Origin: Malacoraja senta
Lineage: Eukaryota
Direction: 5' to 3'
DNA length: 64,000 nucleotides
Assembly: GCA_038087875.1 (NCBI GenBank)
Contig: CM075993.1
Span: 10,666,001 to 10,730,000 of the forward strand
Shown here piece after piece: positions 11,998 to 25,016 of the stretch (the stretch's first letter is position 1; every line of letters begins with the position of its first letter). Made by a program: the position numbers and the translations under genes. The notes below the pieces were generated by a model, which was not told the origin of the DNA, searched no databases, and saw only the letters and a program-made list of their open reading frames with translations.

Positions 11998-12066
11998 ATG
12001 CTGCTCCTTCCTGTCCTACCGTTGACACTGTTGTGCTTGGGACTGATATGTCTGGGTCATGCAGAG
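11998..12066 (+). CDS. Candidate CA12 signal-peptide exon (unconfirmed)
   Basis: ATG-initiated MLLLPVLPLTLLCLGLICLGHAE followed by AG|GTCTGT; hydrophobic core and G-H-A cleavage-like site. It ends in phase 0 and is flanked by repeats. Confidence 0.3.
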
Positions 12067-12179
12067 GTCTGTCTGGCCCTTTAATGGCTGTATAAGGAAA
12101 AACACTGGAATTCTGACCACAAAAGAACAAGATAAAAGATCATCTAAAAAATATTTGTAGGTACAAGATACTACTCGTG

Positions 12180-12990
12180 CTGGCTTACAATAAAGGACAC
12201 AATGAGCTGGTGTGACTCAGCAGGTCAGGCAGCATCTCTGGAGAACATAGAAAGGCAACATGTCTGGTTGGAACCCTTCTTCAGGCTGATTGAAGGGGGG
12301 GGGGGTGCGTGAAAGCTGGAAGAGAAGTGGGGACAGGACAAAGTGACAGGACAACATAGTGGGGGGTGGTGGGGGGGGGGAGGGGGTGTTGTCCAGCAGA
12401 TGGTTGGACAAAGGCCAGAGATGAAAAGGTAAAAAATGTCAGATAAGGATAGAATAAATGTGAAGCTAGAGTAAGGAATATAGGTGGAAGGGGAAAAGGA
12501 GAAATGTTGGCATCTAGGTGGGGCACGGGGAGGAGAGGGGGGATAAAGGTTGGTGGGGGGTGTCTGTAGGCAGGTTAGCTAGAATTGGAGTATTCAGTGT
12601 TCATACCATTAGGTTGTAAGCTAAATAAGCAGAATATGGGATGCTGTTCCTTAATTTTACACGTGGAATGCCTCACTCCAGCAATGCAAGAGGCCCAGGA
12701 CAGAATGGGAATAGGAATCAAAATGCTTAGCAAATCTATCAGGCATTGGCGGACCGGGCGCAAGTGTTGGCGAAACAGTCACCGACTCCATGCTTGGGCT
12801 CGCCCGATGTAAAGGAGGACACATCGGGAACACCAAATGCAGTAGATGAGGTTAGAGGAGGTGCACGTGAACCTCTGTCTCACCTGGAAGGACTGCTGTG
12901 GTCCCTGGATGGAGGTGAGGGAGGAGGTATAGGGGCAGGTGTTACATCTCCTGCAGTTGCAGGGGAAAGTACCTGGGGAGGAGGTGGGTA
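12180..12990 (-). mobile_element. Penelope-like element, 3' fragment with GIY-YIG endonuclease remnant
   Basis: PGTFPCNCRRCNTCPYT...FQVRQRFTCTSSNLIYCIWCSRCVLLYIG, then a pyrimidine-rich UTR and a degenerate hammerhead module near 12257-12285. Confidence 0.85.
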
Positions 12991-13344
12991 AAATGTATAG
13001 AAAGGAACTGCAGATACCGATTTGCTGAGACACTACAGGTTGCAATAAACCATTGAAGGTTTATACCAAAGATAGACACATAGTGGTGGAGTAACTCAGC
13101 ATGCCAGGCAGCAACCCTGGAGAAAAAGGATGACCTGACCAGAAACGCCACCCATCCTTTTTCTCCTTTGTATCTATCCAGGTGGTTATAAATGTTTGCC
13201 TGGGTTCATCAATCACCCACCTGGTGGCACTGTGGATCATGAGCTACCATTCACCCAAAGCGGAGGTCGAATGAGGTCATAAAAAGTAAGGTAGAATTTA
13301 AAGTTTTACGTTAAAGAAAGAAATACTTGCATATCTACATGCTT

Positions 13345-14645
13345 CTTTTGCAACTTGAAGATGCCCCACAGTGAAGGCCATAATACTTTTGTTTTAAGTG
13401 TAACACTGTTGGGATGTAAGCAATGCCATAATGAATTTGTACACATCAACATTGCACAGAGCACCATGATCATTGGTATTGGTTTATTACAGTCAAGTGT
13501 TCTGAGATACAGTGAAAAACGATTGCTTGTCCACAATATCCACATAGTTTGTACCATACATTAGCACATCAAGATGGTGCTGAAGAGAAAGAAACAGAGC
13601 AGGTTATACTGTTACAGCCACGTAAGGTCATAAGTGATAGGAGAAGAATTAGGCCATTCGTCCCATCAAGTCTATTCCCTCCTGACTCCTGCCTTCTCCC
13701 CATAACCTCTAACACCCGTACAAATCAAGAATCTAACTATGTCTTAAAAATATCCACTGACTTTGCCTCCACAGCCTTCTGTGGCAAAGAATTCCACAGA
13801 TTCACCACCCTCTGGCTAAATGCTTTCCCGAGGCAGCATGAAGTATAGGAGAGGTTGATGGGAAGCAGTGTGTAGGACGGAACTGCAGATGCTGATTTAC
13901 ACCGCAGATAGACACAAAAAACTGGAGTAACAGCGGGACAGGCAGCATCTCTGGAGAGAGGGTGATGTTTTGGGTCGAGACCCTTCTTCTTCTGAAGAAG
14001 GTTCTGAAGAAGGGTCTCGACCCGAAACATCACCATTCCTTCTCTCCAGAGAAGCTGCCTGTCCCGCTGTGTTACTCCAGCTTTTTGTGTCTATCTATGA
14101 TGGGATGGTGTTTTTGCGTGATTGACTAGGCTGCTGCTACAACTGTATGCAGTCTCTTGCGGTCCTGCGCAGGGCAGTTGACATACCAAGTTGTGATGAA
14201 TCCCAATAGGATACTTTCTCTGGTGCATCTTTAGATATTGTATCCAATATCTTTGGGGCATGCAGGATTTCCTCTGTCTTCTGAGGAAGTAGAGGCTTTG
14301 ATGGCAGTGTCATCAATATGGTTGGTTGGACAAAGTCAAATTGTTGGTGATATTTAGACGTAGGAACCATCCCACATCAGCACCAGACTGGGATAACCTG
14401 TTTCAGTGATGTTGGTTGAGGAGATTCTCTGAGGCACCAAGAAAAACTCTCCTGCCATACAATTGCATTTCAACTAACATGGCCTTGATTCATCATCGCA
14501 TCTGAAAGATAGCAACTCCCATACCGTTTTGCTCCCTCAGCACGTCATCAAATGCATTAGTCTAGCCTTCTCTGTTCAAATTGTTGGAGGAGCCCCAGTA
14601 TAAACCTATGACAGAGGTAAGAGTGCTGCCTCAGAATCACGGTGA
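13345..14645 (-). mobile_element. Ancient Deu-domain SINE (SacSINE1/AmnSINE-like) split by younger insertions
   Basis: 13380-13470 and 14385-14645 resemble consecutive parts of the shark DeuSINE consensus as recalled (GTGATGTTGGTTGAGG, CATCTGAAAGA, CTCCCTCAG, GAGGTAAGAGTGCT). By-eye match only. Confidence 0.5.
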
Positions 14646-15946
14646 CAGCGGATGACCGACTGACTATTCCTCTGTATGTACTTATGTCAGTGTCGCAGGT
14701 GAGAACTCCACAAGATCATTATCATGAGGCAATGTGGTCGCTGGTGCCATCAATGCAGTGCCTACTCCTGGCCTTACAACAGTCCACCACTCACACTGCT
14801 GTAAACTCTACCTATCGCTGATCTACAGTGTGTGGGAAGGAACTGCAGATGCTGGTTTAAACCGAAGACAGACACAAAGGGCTGGAGTAACTCAGCGGGA
14901 CAGGCAGCATCTCCGGAGAGAAGGAATGGGTGTTGTTTCGGGTTGAGACCCTGCTTCAGGTGATCTACAATGACTCCTGCAGCAGGAACCCTCGGGTTTA
15001 ACCCTCCAATCCTCTTTGGATTGTAGATCAGCATTGAATTTAATCGTTCCGGCAGTGGTGCCTGCACCTTGAGTTGCCAAATTCATTGAACCCTGAAATT
15101 AACTCCTTTGAACCTATCTTTTGTGGCACAGAGGTGGAGCTGTGGACTCACAGATCCAGCGGTCCGGGTTCAATCCTGACCTCTGTTGCTGGAGGGATAA
15201 TACAGGCCATCCCCCAACTCAAAAAGTGGGGGATATATCCCCCCTCCCCCCCCCCTCGCTCTCTCTCTTGGGGCTTAGTCTCTCTCTGGGCCCACCCTCC
15301 CTCCCACCCTCCCTTCCGCTCGGCAGCTAATCACAGCGCTTCGTTCACTGCCCCATATCTCGACTGCGATTGGCCGTTGAGCGGAGTGGAGGGAGGGTTT
15401 TCGGGGGGGCAGTCGGTATCCGCCGCGGCTGGTCGTGGTTTTGCCCAAAGATCTTTGGTTTTGCCGCGCTCACTGTGCGCTTGTCCTGAGATTCTGGATG
15501 TCGGAGGTCCTCAGAAGAAGAGAAAAATATGCCTGCGGGCCGGATAATTTTGTGTTATGAAGCATGTCTCTCCAAAAAAGTGGAGGGGCTGCAGCCCCCC
15601 CAGCCCCCCACGTTCCACAGCCCATGAAATACACGGTTTATAAAATGGAACCCACATGTAACTTTGACAAGAAGTTATCGGCAAGGAGTATGGTTAGGGT
15701 AGAATAGCTGGAAACATAACGTCCGGCATTTTTATTATGTCAAAGTGTTACACATAAATGTTTATCAGCAAACTTGGAACTTCCTTGAATCATTCCTTTC
15801 ATTTTGATCCCTTTGGTTAGTGGCTCCTCAAAGTGTTTCCTTGCTGTCTTCTCATCGCTTCATTGTCAGGACAAAAGAAAATGAGATTATACACAGCAAA
15901 AGTAAATCTAGCAGCCGAGAATGTGACGGAGGGAGGGAGGGAGAGA

Positions 15947-17361
15947 GAAAACGGGGAATTACGGACCAGTTAGTCTAATATCGGTAGTGGGGAAACTGCT
16001 AAAGTCAGTTATTAAAGATGGGATAGCAGCACATTTGGAAAGTGGTGAAATCATTGGACAAAGTCAGCATGGATTTACGAAAGGTAAATCATGTCTGACG
16101 AATCTTATAGAATTTTTCGAGGATGTAACTAGTAGAGTGGATAAGGGAGAACCAGTGGATGTGTTATGTCTGGATTTTCAGAAGGCTTTCGACAAGGTCC
16201 CACATAAGAGATTAGTATACAAACTTAAAGCACACGGTATTGGGGGTTCAGTATTGATGTGGATAGAGAACTGGCTGGCAGACAGGAAGCAAAGAGTAGG
16301 AGTAAACGGGTCCTTTTCAGAATGGCAGGCAGTGACTAGTGGGGTACCACAAAGCTCAGTGCTGGGACCCCAGCTATTTACAATATATATTAATGATTTG
16401 GATGAGGGAATTGAATGCAACATCTCCACGTTTGCGGATGACATAAAGCTGGGGGGCAGTGTCAGCTGTGAGGAGGATGCTTGGAGGCTGCAAGATGACT
16501 TGGATAGGCTGGGTGAGTGGGCAAATGCATGGCAGATGCAGTATAATGTGGATAAATGTGAGGTTATCCACTTTGGTGGCAAAAACAGGAAAGTAGACTA
16601 TTACCTGAATGGTGGCCGATTAGGAAAAGGGGAGATGCAACGAGACCTGGGTGTCATGGTACACCAGTCATTGAAAGTGGGCATGCAGGTGCAGCAGGCA
16701 GTGAAGAAATCGAATGGTATGTTAGCATTCATAACAAAAGGATTTGAGTATAGGAGCAGGGAGGTTCTAATGCAGTTATACAGGGTCTTGGTGAGACCAC
16801 ACCTGGAGTATTGCGCACAGTTTTGGTCTCCAAATCTGAGGAAATACATTCTTGCCATAGAGGGAGTACAGAGAAAGTTCACCAGACTGATTCCTGGGAT
16901 GTCAGGACTTTCATATGAGGAAAGACTGGATAGACTCGGCTTGTACTCGCTGGAATTTAGAAGATTGAGGGGGGATCTTATAGAAACGTACAAAATTCTT
17001 AAGGGGTTGGACTGGCTAGATGCAGGAAGATTGTTCCCGATGTTGGGGAAGTCCAGAACAAGGGGTCACAGTTTAAGGATAAAGGGGAAATCTTTTAGGA
17101 CTGAGATGAGAAAAACATTTTTTACACAGAGAGTGGTGAATCTCTGGAATTCTCTGCCACAGAATGTAGTTGAGGCCAGTTCATTGACTATATTTAAGAG
17201 GGAGTTAGATGTGGCCCTTGTGGCTAAAGGGATCAGGGGGTATGGAGAGAAAGCAGGGACAGGATACTGAGTTGGATGATCAGCCATGATCATATTGAAT
17301 GGCGGTGCAAGCTCGAATGGCCTACTCCTGCACCTATTTTTTATGTTTCTATGTTTCTATG
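15947..17361 (+). mobile_element. CR1 LINE, 5'-truncated, RT domain open (15987-17270)
   Basis: SQHGFTKGKSCLTNL, LDFQKAFDKVPH, GVPQSSVLGP, FADDIKL and RRLRGDLIE motifs; CR1 3' UTR and (TTTCTATG)n tail. Confidence 0.95.
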
Positions 17362-17859
17362 AGGTGTAACAGGGTCTTCTCCCCTTTCTCATCAAGTGTG
17401 AAAATGCATATCTTCAGATTCAGGGATAGTTTCTTCCCAGCTGTTATCCGTCAGCTGAACCATCCTATCATCAACTTGAGAGCGGTCCTAACCTACCATT
17501 TACTTCATTGGAGACCCTCGGACTATCTTTAATCAGACTTTACTGGACTTTATCTTGTACTAAACGTTATTCCCTTTATCCTGTATCTGTACACTGTGGA
17601 CAGCTTGATTGTAATCCTGTATAGTCTTTCCGCTAATTGGATAGCACGCAACAAAAACGCTTTTCACTGTAACTCGATACACGTGACAGTCAACTAAACT
17701 AAGATAAACAATGCCCCTGCCTATCCATTAGCCCTACAAATGCATTGAGCCGGGCTCCTGTATCCCATACACAGGTAAATGGAGCAATGCTTCAGAGACA
17801 GAGAACAAAGTGGAGGAGGGCCCAAGCACAGTACCCGAGGCACCCACCCAGTCCCGAGT

Positions 17860-18150
17860 AATGTAACACCTTGCGAGCAGCAATCTGTAGGATATCAAAC
17901 AGCAAAGTGATAGTCCATGTGGAACATTGGCATGCAACCGCAGGAGGTCCCTTCACCTCTTCCCACCTCCAGAGACACGGCCTTTCCAGGTACGGCGATG
18001 ATTCACTGCATTTGAGATTCACAAGGCGGTCTCTCATCTACAATGGAGAATCCAAAGGCAGATTGGGCTTTTGCTTTGCATCGCTCAATCTGGGCAGTGA
18101 CCCTCAGCATCTGAATGCCTGCCTGCTTAATTCGCCATCCCACTCCCACT
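17860..18150 (+). mobile_element. Highly decayed Penelope GIY-YIG fragment
   Basis: LIYNGESKGRLGFCFA resembles LLYIGETKRRLGDRFA of the better-preserved copies in this window. Confidence 0.55.
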
Positions 18151-19324
18151 CCCACTCCAGGTGGCGCAGCAGTAGACTTGTTGCCTTGCAGCGCCAGAGA
18201 TCCCGGTTTGATCCTGACCACGGGTGCTGTCTGTATGGAGTTTGTACGTTCTCCTTGTGACCCCGTGGGTTTTCTCCGGGTGCTCTGGTTTCCTTCCACA
18301 CTCCAAAGACGTACAGGCTTGTAGATTAATTGGCTTTGGTAAAGATTGTAAATTGTCCCTCGTGTGTAGGATAGTGCTAGTGTATGTGATCGTTGGTCGG
18401 CACAAACTCGGTGGCCCCACTGCATCTTAAAGTTCTTGATTTGCCTACCATGAGGGACTTTGTCAAAAACCTTACTATAATGTAAACAACATCCACTGCT
18501 AGCTACAGGTGCTGTCTGTATGGAGTTTGTCCATTCTCCCCGTATGCCTAGATCCATACATCCATATGCCTATCCAAAAGGGTCTTAAATGCCACAGTTG
18601 TGTCTACCTCCACCACCCCCGACATCGTGCCCCAGGCTCTATCCTCTGTGCATAAAACCTGCCCTGCACATCTCCTTTTGTTGTCAGGAACTGTCCATAA
18701 CGAAGATGCTCTTTCAGTCGGAAGAAGGATTCCGATTCGAAATGTCACCCCTCCTTTTTCTCCAGAGAAGCTGCCTGACCCGCTGAGTTACTCCAGCACT
18801 TTGTGTCTACCTCCCACACATCTGCTTTGCCTGTGCTAAACATGATGCCAAGATAAACTAGTCCTATCTGCCTGCACATGGTATATACCGCTCCATTCCC
18901 TGCAGAATCCATGTGCTTATGTAAAAGCGACTTAAATGCCACTGTTATGGGGAGAAGGCAGGAACGGGGTACTGATTGGGGATGATCAGCCATGATCACA
19001 TTGAATGGCGGTGCTGGCTCGAAGGGCCGAATGGCCTACTCCTGCACCTATTGTCTAAACACCATTGTCGTATCTGACTCCCCCACCACCCACTGTGTAA
19101 AAAAACGTACCATACGCATCTTTAAACCATGCATCCCTCATCTTAAAGCTATGCCCTCTAGTCTTTGACATTTCTACCCTGGGAAAAGGTTCTGACTGTC
19201 TACCCTATCTGAGCCTCTCATAATTGTATGTACAGTTCTTCTTATTGTGCCCCTGCGCTGTGTGCCTGATGTTGCAAGCCCTTGCCACTAGATGGTGGTC
19301 TTTCTCATGTTTAGTTTAGTTTAG

Positions 19325-21577
19325 CTCACTCTGCAGCAACTCCGACATTATAATGAAACCCGCTGATAAGGGAGGTGCCGTGGCAGTCTGGCACGCTGAC
19401 CTCTACCTGGCTGAGGCCAGGCGACAACTCTTGACACCTCCACCTACTTATCCTTGGACCATGATCCCACAGAGGAGCACCAGGCCTTAATCTCAAACAC
19501 CATTACTGATTTCATCACTTCCGGCTGTCTGCCTTCCACAGCCTCCAACCTCATCGTTTCCCAGCCCCACTCAGCCCGATTTTACCTTCTCGCCAAACAC
19601 AACTGCCCTGGCAGACCCATTGTTTCTGCCTGCTCCTGTCCCACGGAAATGATTTCTTCGTACCTCGACTCCATCCTATCCCCGCTGGTCCAATCTCTCC
19701 CGATCTATGTCCAAGATACCTCACACGCCCTTCGTCTCTTTAATGACATCCGCTTTCCGAGCCCCCACTCCCTCATCTTTACTATGGATGTTCAGTCGTT
19801 CTACACCTCCATCCCCCACCAGGAAGGCCTTTAACCCCTCCGTTTCTTCCTCCACCACAGAACCATCCAATTTCCCTCTATTAACTGCGGAGCTGGTCCT
19901 CACCCTCAACAACTTCTCCTTTGACTCCTCCCACTTCCTCCAAGTCCAAGGCGTAGCTACGGGCACCCACATGGGCCCCAGCTATGCCTGCCTCTTTGTA
20001 GGGTACACTGAACAATCCGTGTTCCAGGCGTACATTGGCCCTATCCCCAAACTCTCTCCTGCACCCATGCAGAACTCAAGGACTTCATCAACTTCACCAC
20101 CAATTTTCATCCTGCAAACAAAGTTACTTGGACCATCTCCGACACCTCCCTCCCCTTTCTTGATCTCACCGTCTCCATCACAGGAAATAGACTATTGACT
20201 GACATCTATTACAAACCTGGAGTCTGAAGAAGGGTTTCGGCCCGAAACGTTACCTATTTCCTTCGCTCCATAGATGCTGCTGCACCCGCTGAGTTTCTCC
20301 AGCATTTTTGTGTACCATCTATTACAAACCCACTGACTCCCACAACTATCTCGACTACACTTCTTCCCACCCTGCTTCCTGCAAAGACTCTATCCCCGAC
20401 TCCCAATTCCTCCGTCTACGCCGCATCTGCGCCCAAGATGAGGTGTTCCATACCAGGACATCCGAGATGGCCTCATTCTTTAGGAAACGTGGGCTTCCCC
20501 TCTCCCATCACAGATGAGGCCCTCACTCGTGTCTCCTCGGTACCCCCCAGCCTTGCTCTTGCTCCCCCTCCCCCTAGTCGCAACAGAGACAGAGTCCCCC
20601 TAGTCCTTACCTTCCACCCCATCAGCCGTCGCATACAACAAATAATCCTCCGAAATTTCCGCCACCTCCAACGGGATCCCACCACGAGCCACATTTTCCA
20701 ATCTCCACCCCTTTCCGCCTTCCGCAGAGACCATTCACTCCGCAACTCCCTGGTTAACTCATCCCTTCCCACCCAAACCACCCCCTCCCCAGGTACCTTC
20801 CCCTGCAACCACAGAAGATGCAACACCTGTCCCTGTACCTCCTCCCTCGACCCTGTCCAGGGACCCCGACAGTCCTTTCAGGTTAGGCAGAGGTTCACTT
20901 GCACCTCCTCCAACCTCATCTACTGTATCCATTGTTCAAGATGTGGACTCTTATACATCGGCGAGACCAAACGCAGACTGGGCGATCGTTTCGCGGAACA
21001 TCTTTGCTCAGTCCACTTGAACCAACCAGATCTCCCGGTTGCTGGACACTTTAATTCTCCTTCCCATTCCTACACAGACCTTTCTGTCCTAGGTCCCCTC
21101 CATGGTCATTCCTTCTCTCCAGAGATGCTGCCTGTCCTGCTGAGTTACTCCAGCTTTTTATGTCTAGCTTTAGTTTAGTGAGGCTAAACGCAATTTGGAG
21201 AAACAGCATCTCATATCTCAAAAACAGCATCTCATATTTCGCTTGGGCAGCTGACAGCCCAGTGGTATGAATATTGACCTCTCACTTCAGATAGCCCTGG
21301 CATTCCCTCTCTCTCTATCCTTCCCCCACCCAAGTCGCACTAGCTTCTCATTTTCACCCAACAACAGTTTACAATGGCCTGCTTCCTTTATCGTCATTAC
21401 TTTTTTGCATATCTTTCATTCATTGTTCTTTATCTCTCCACATCGCCGTCTATATCTCTCGTTTCCCTTATCCCTAACCAGTCTGAAGAAGGGTCTCGAC
21501 TCGAAACGTCACCCATTCCTTCTCTCCATAGATGCTGCCTGTCCTGCTGAGTTACTGTAGCTTTTTGTGTCTGTCTT
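19325..21577 (+). mobile_element. Penelope-like retroelement (RT + GIY-YIG, frameshifted) ending in a hammerhead module
   Basis: KPADKGGAV, RPIVSAC, FTMDVQSFYTSIPH, GVATGTHMGPSYACLFVG, YYKPTDSHNYL and CTSSNLIYCIHCSRCGLLYIGETKRRLGDRFAEH motifs; hammerhead core at 21483-21510 at its 3' end. Confidence 0.93.
20218..20315 (+). mobile_element. Solo hammerhead-module insertion inside the Penelope RT, 15-bp TSD
   Basis: CATCTATTACAAACC is duplicated at 20203-20217 and 20316-20330; the insert contains CTGAAGAAGGGTTTCGGCCCGAAACGTT. Confidence 0.88.
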
Positions 21578-22020
21578 TAGTTTAGTTTAGTTTAGTTTAG
21601 TTTAGTTTAATAATAATAATAATACATTTTATTTGTGGGCGCCTATACAAAAGTCTCAAGGACACCTTACAGAATTTAACAAAGAACATATAATCGGAGT
21701 AAAATAAGTTATAAAGACATCACCAATACACAAATTAAAGACAGAATTGAATCCAAAGAGAAGAGATACAGTGCAGAAACAGGCCTTCCGGCCCACCGAG
21801 TCTGCGCCACCAGGCTAGCGATCCCCGCACATTATCCTACACACACTAGGGACAATTTACATTTACACCAAGCCAATTAACCTACAAACCTGTACGTCTT
21901 TGGAGTGTGGGAGGAAACCGAAGATCTCGGCGAAAACCCACGCAGGTCACGGGGAGAACGTAAAAACTCCGTACAGACAGCACCCGTAGTCGGGATCGAA
22001 CCCGGGTGCCGTAAGGCAAC

Positions 22021-22220
22021 NNNNNNNNNNNNNNNNNNNNNNNNNNNNNNNNNNNNNNNNNNNNNNNNNNNNNNNNNNNNNNNNNNNNNNNNNNNNNNNN
22101 NNNNNNNNNNNNNNNNNNNNNNNNNNNNNNNNNNNNNNNNNNNNNNNNNNNNNNNNNNNNNNNNNNNNNNNNNNNNNNNNNNNNNNNNNNNNNNNNNNNN
22201 NNNNNNNNNNNNNNNNNNNN
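22021..22220. other. Assembly gap (200 N)
   Basis: Run of N; true size unknown. Confidence 1.
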
Positions 22221-25016
22221 CAATAGCAAGAATGTCCTTCCACAAATTTGGAGACCAAAACTCCACACAATATTCCAGGTGTGATCTCACTAGGGCCCAG
22301 TACAACTGCAGAAGGACCTCTTGCTCCTATACTCAACTCCTCTTGTTATGAAGGCCACATGCCATTAGCTTTTTTCACTGCCTGCTGTAACTGCTTGCTT
22401 ACTTTCAGTGACTGATGTACAAGGACCCCCAGATCTCGTTGTACTTCACCTTTACCTCAGACTCAGAGGGAGGTGAGAATATATGTTTTTTTGGACAACA
22501 CAATTAGTTGCAAATTCGTTCCAGCTTTCACGGGGATTAGCTCAATCTCTCCATCTTAATAGGCTTCTAAGCGTTTTTGAACAGACTGTATCCTTTGACT
22601 ATTGTGTGTAGGAAGGAACTGCAGATGCTGGTTTACACCGAAGATAGACACAGAATTGTAACTCAGCCGGACAGGCCACTGGAGAAAAGGAATTGGTAAC
22701 ATTTCAGTCAGAAGAAGGGTCTCGACCCGAAATGCCACCTATTCCTTTCTCCAGAGATGCTGCCTGACCCTCTGAGTTACTCCAGCATTTTGTGTCCGTC
22801 CTTTAACTTTTGTTCCTCTCCATTCTTTATTTACTCTCAGTTACAGCTCCGTACAAATTCTGTTCTTGGATTTATTGAATGTGAGTTGAATTTCATAAGA
22901 CAATGTTTTTCTTCATCAGAGTTTAGTTTAGTGATACAGCGCGGAAACAGGCACTTTGCCCACCGAGTCCGCATCGACCAGCGATCCCCGCACACCAACG
23001 CTGTCCCTACACACACGAGGGACAATTTACAATAATACCAAGCCAATTTACCTACAAACCTGCCAGTCTTTAGAGTGTGGGAGGAAACCTTAGATCCTGG
23101 TGAAAACCCACGCAGGTTACGGGGAGAACGTACAAACTCCGTACAGACAGCACCCGTAGACAAGATCGAACCCGAGTCTCTGGCGCTGTAAGGCAGCAAC
23201 TCTACCGCTGCGCCACCGTGCCGCTCCTTATTTGCATTTTCTAAATTAGATTTGAGGATTTACCCGATTACGACCAGAGTGCACAGCCTCAGAATAAAAG
23301 GACGTATCTTAAGAAAGGTGATGGGGAGGAAGTTCATTTAGTCAGAGGGTGGTGAATCTGTGGAATCTTTGCCACGGATGGCTGTGGAGCCAAGTCAATT
23401 TTAAGGCAGAGATTGACAGATTCTTGATTAGTACTGGTGCCAGGGGTTATGGAAGAAGCTATGAGAATGGGGTTAGGAGGGAGAGATAGATCAGCTGTGA
23501 TTGAATGGTGGAGTAGACCTGATGGGCCGAATGGCCGAATTCTGCTCCTATCACTTACGACAGGGTGGTATGACTGCAAAGTTGGCCTGGATACTGCGCT
23601 GGGGTGGAGAGTGGGGAGAGGGAGGTCAGACTGGGGGATTAAAGCATGAGGATAGTAGGCTGGGATCTTAAGTTGTGTGGGAGTGAGTGGATTGTCTGGG
23701 AAATTAAATTACAGAGTGGAAACGGAGTGTGGTTTCTGGAGGTCTCATCCCACGCTGATATCTCTTATGTCCTGGACCACAGAAACTCCCCATGAGCGGA
23801 CAGATCCGGCACGTCTGCAAAACGTTGGGAAAACCGTAGGGAATGAGTTGTCAGAACTGATGGCTGGGATGGGAAACTTGTAATGAAGGATAGTTTCGTT
23901 TAGTCGAGACCCTTCTTCACTTTGTGTCCCTTCCCGACCCAAAATGTCGTCTATCCATTCCCTCCACATATAAGAAGGGTCCCGACCCAAACGTCCATTC
24001 TCTCCACAGATACAGCCTGACCTGCTGTTACTCCAGCACTCTGTGTTTTGATCAAGATTCCAGCATCTGCAGTTCATTGTGACACCACTCACATTCAGTT
24101 GTCGTTAGTAACCTTTGGCACTTTCGCTTCAAGGCGGCACGGTGGCGCAGCGGTAGAGTTGCTGCCTCACAGCGCCAGAGACCCGGGTTCCATCCCGACC
24201 TCTGGCGCTGTCCGTGTGGAGTTTGCACGTTCTCCCCCGTGACCGCGCGAGTTTCCTCCCACAACCTCAAAGACGTGCGGGTTTGTAGGTCTGTAAATTG
24301 CCCCCTAGTGGGTAGGGAGTGGATGTGACAGTGGGATAGCACAGAACTAGGGCCAACAGGTGATCGACTGGTCGGCATGGACTCGATGGGCCGAAGGACC
24401 TATTTCTCTGCTCTATCCCTAAAGCTAAAACTTAAACACTGACATTTGGACTGCTGGCCTACATTCTATCACTGACATTCATGAGAACAAGAGGAGACCA
24501 TTCGGCCCTTCAAAGCCTGTTCTGCCCTTCAATAAAATTGTGGGTGATTTGATCTTTGAGCTCTAGTCTGTATCATGCTTCTACTTTCCCACTGCCTGAA
24601 GAAGGTCTCGACCCAAAACGTCACCTATTCCTTTTCTCCAGAGATGCTGCCTGTCCAGCTGAGTTACAGTGCGGTAACAGGCCCTTCGGCCCACCTAGTC
24701 CGTGCCGACCACACTAACGCTAGTTCTACACACACGAGGGACAATTTACAATTGCCTACAAACCTGTACGTCTTTGGAGTGTGGGAGGAAACCGGAGAAA
24801 ACCCACGCAGGTCGCAGGAAGAAGGTACAAACTCGTACAGACAGCACCCGTGGTCAGGATCAAGCCCGGGTGGGTCTCTGGTGCTGTGAGGCAGCAACTC
24901 TACCGCTGCGACACCGTGCTGAGTTACTCCAGCATATTGTGTCTATCTTCGGTGTAAACCGGCACCTGCTATTCCGTCCTGCACACGAGCGGTACTAACG
25001 TTGTTCTTTCCCCCAG

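Noticed and set aside
15200..15625. CpG-rich patch as possible CA12 promoter/first exon
   Set aside because: No signal-peptide ORF with a donor site; the GGGGCTGCAGCCCCCC-type end looks transposon-derived.
21877..22351. ORFs spanning the N run
   Set aside because: Artefacts of the assembly gap joining a SINE to a CR1 fragment.
24133..24210. tRNA-like sequences (GGTGGCGCAGCGGTAGAG...GGGTTC)
   Set aside because: They are V-SINE heads that continue into the V-domain, not tRNA genes.
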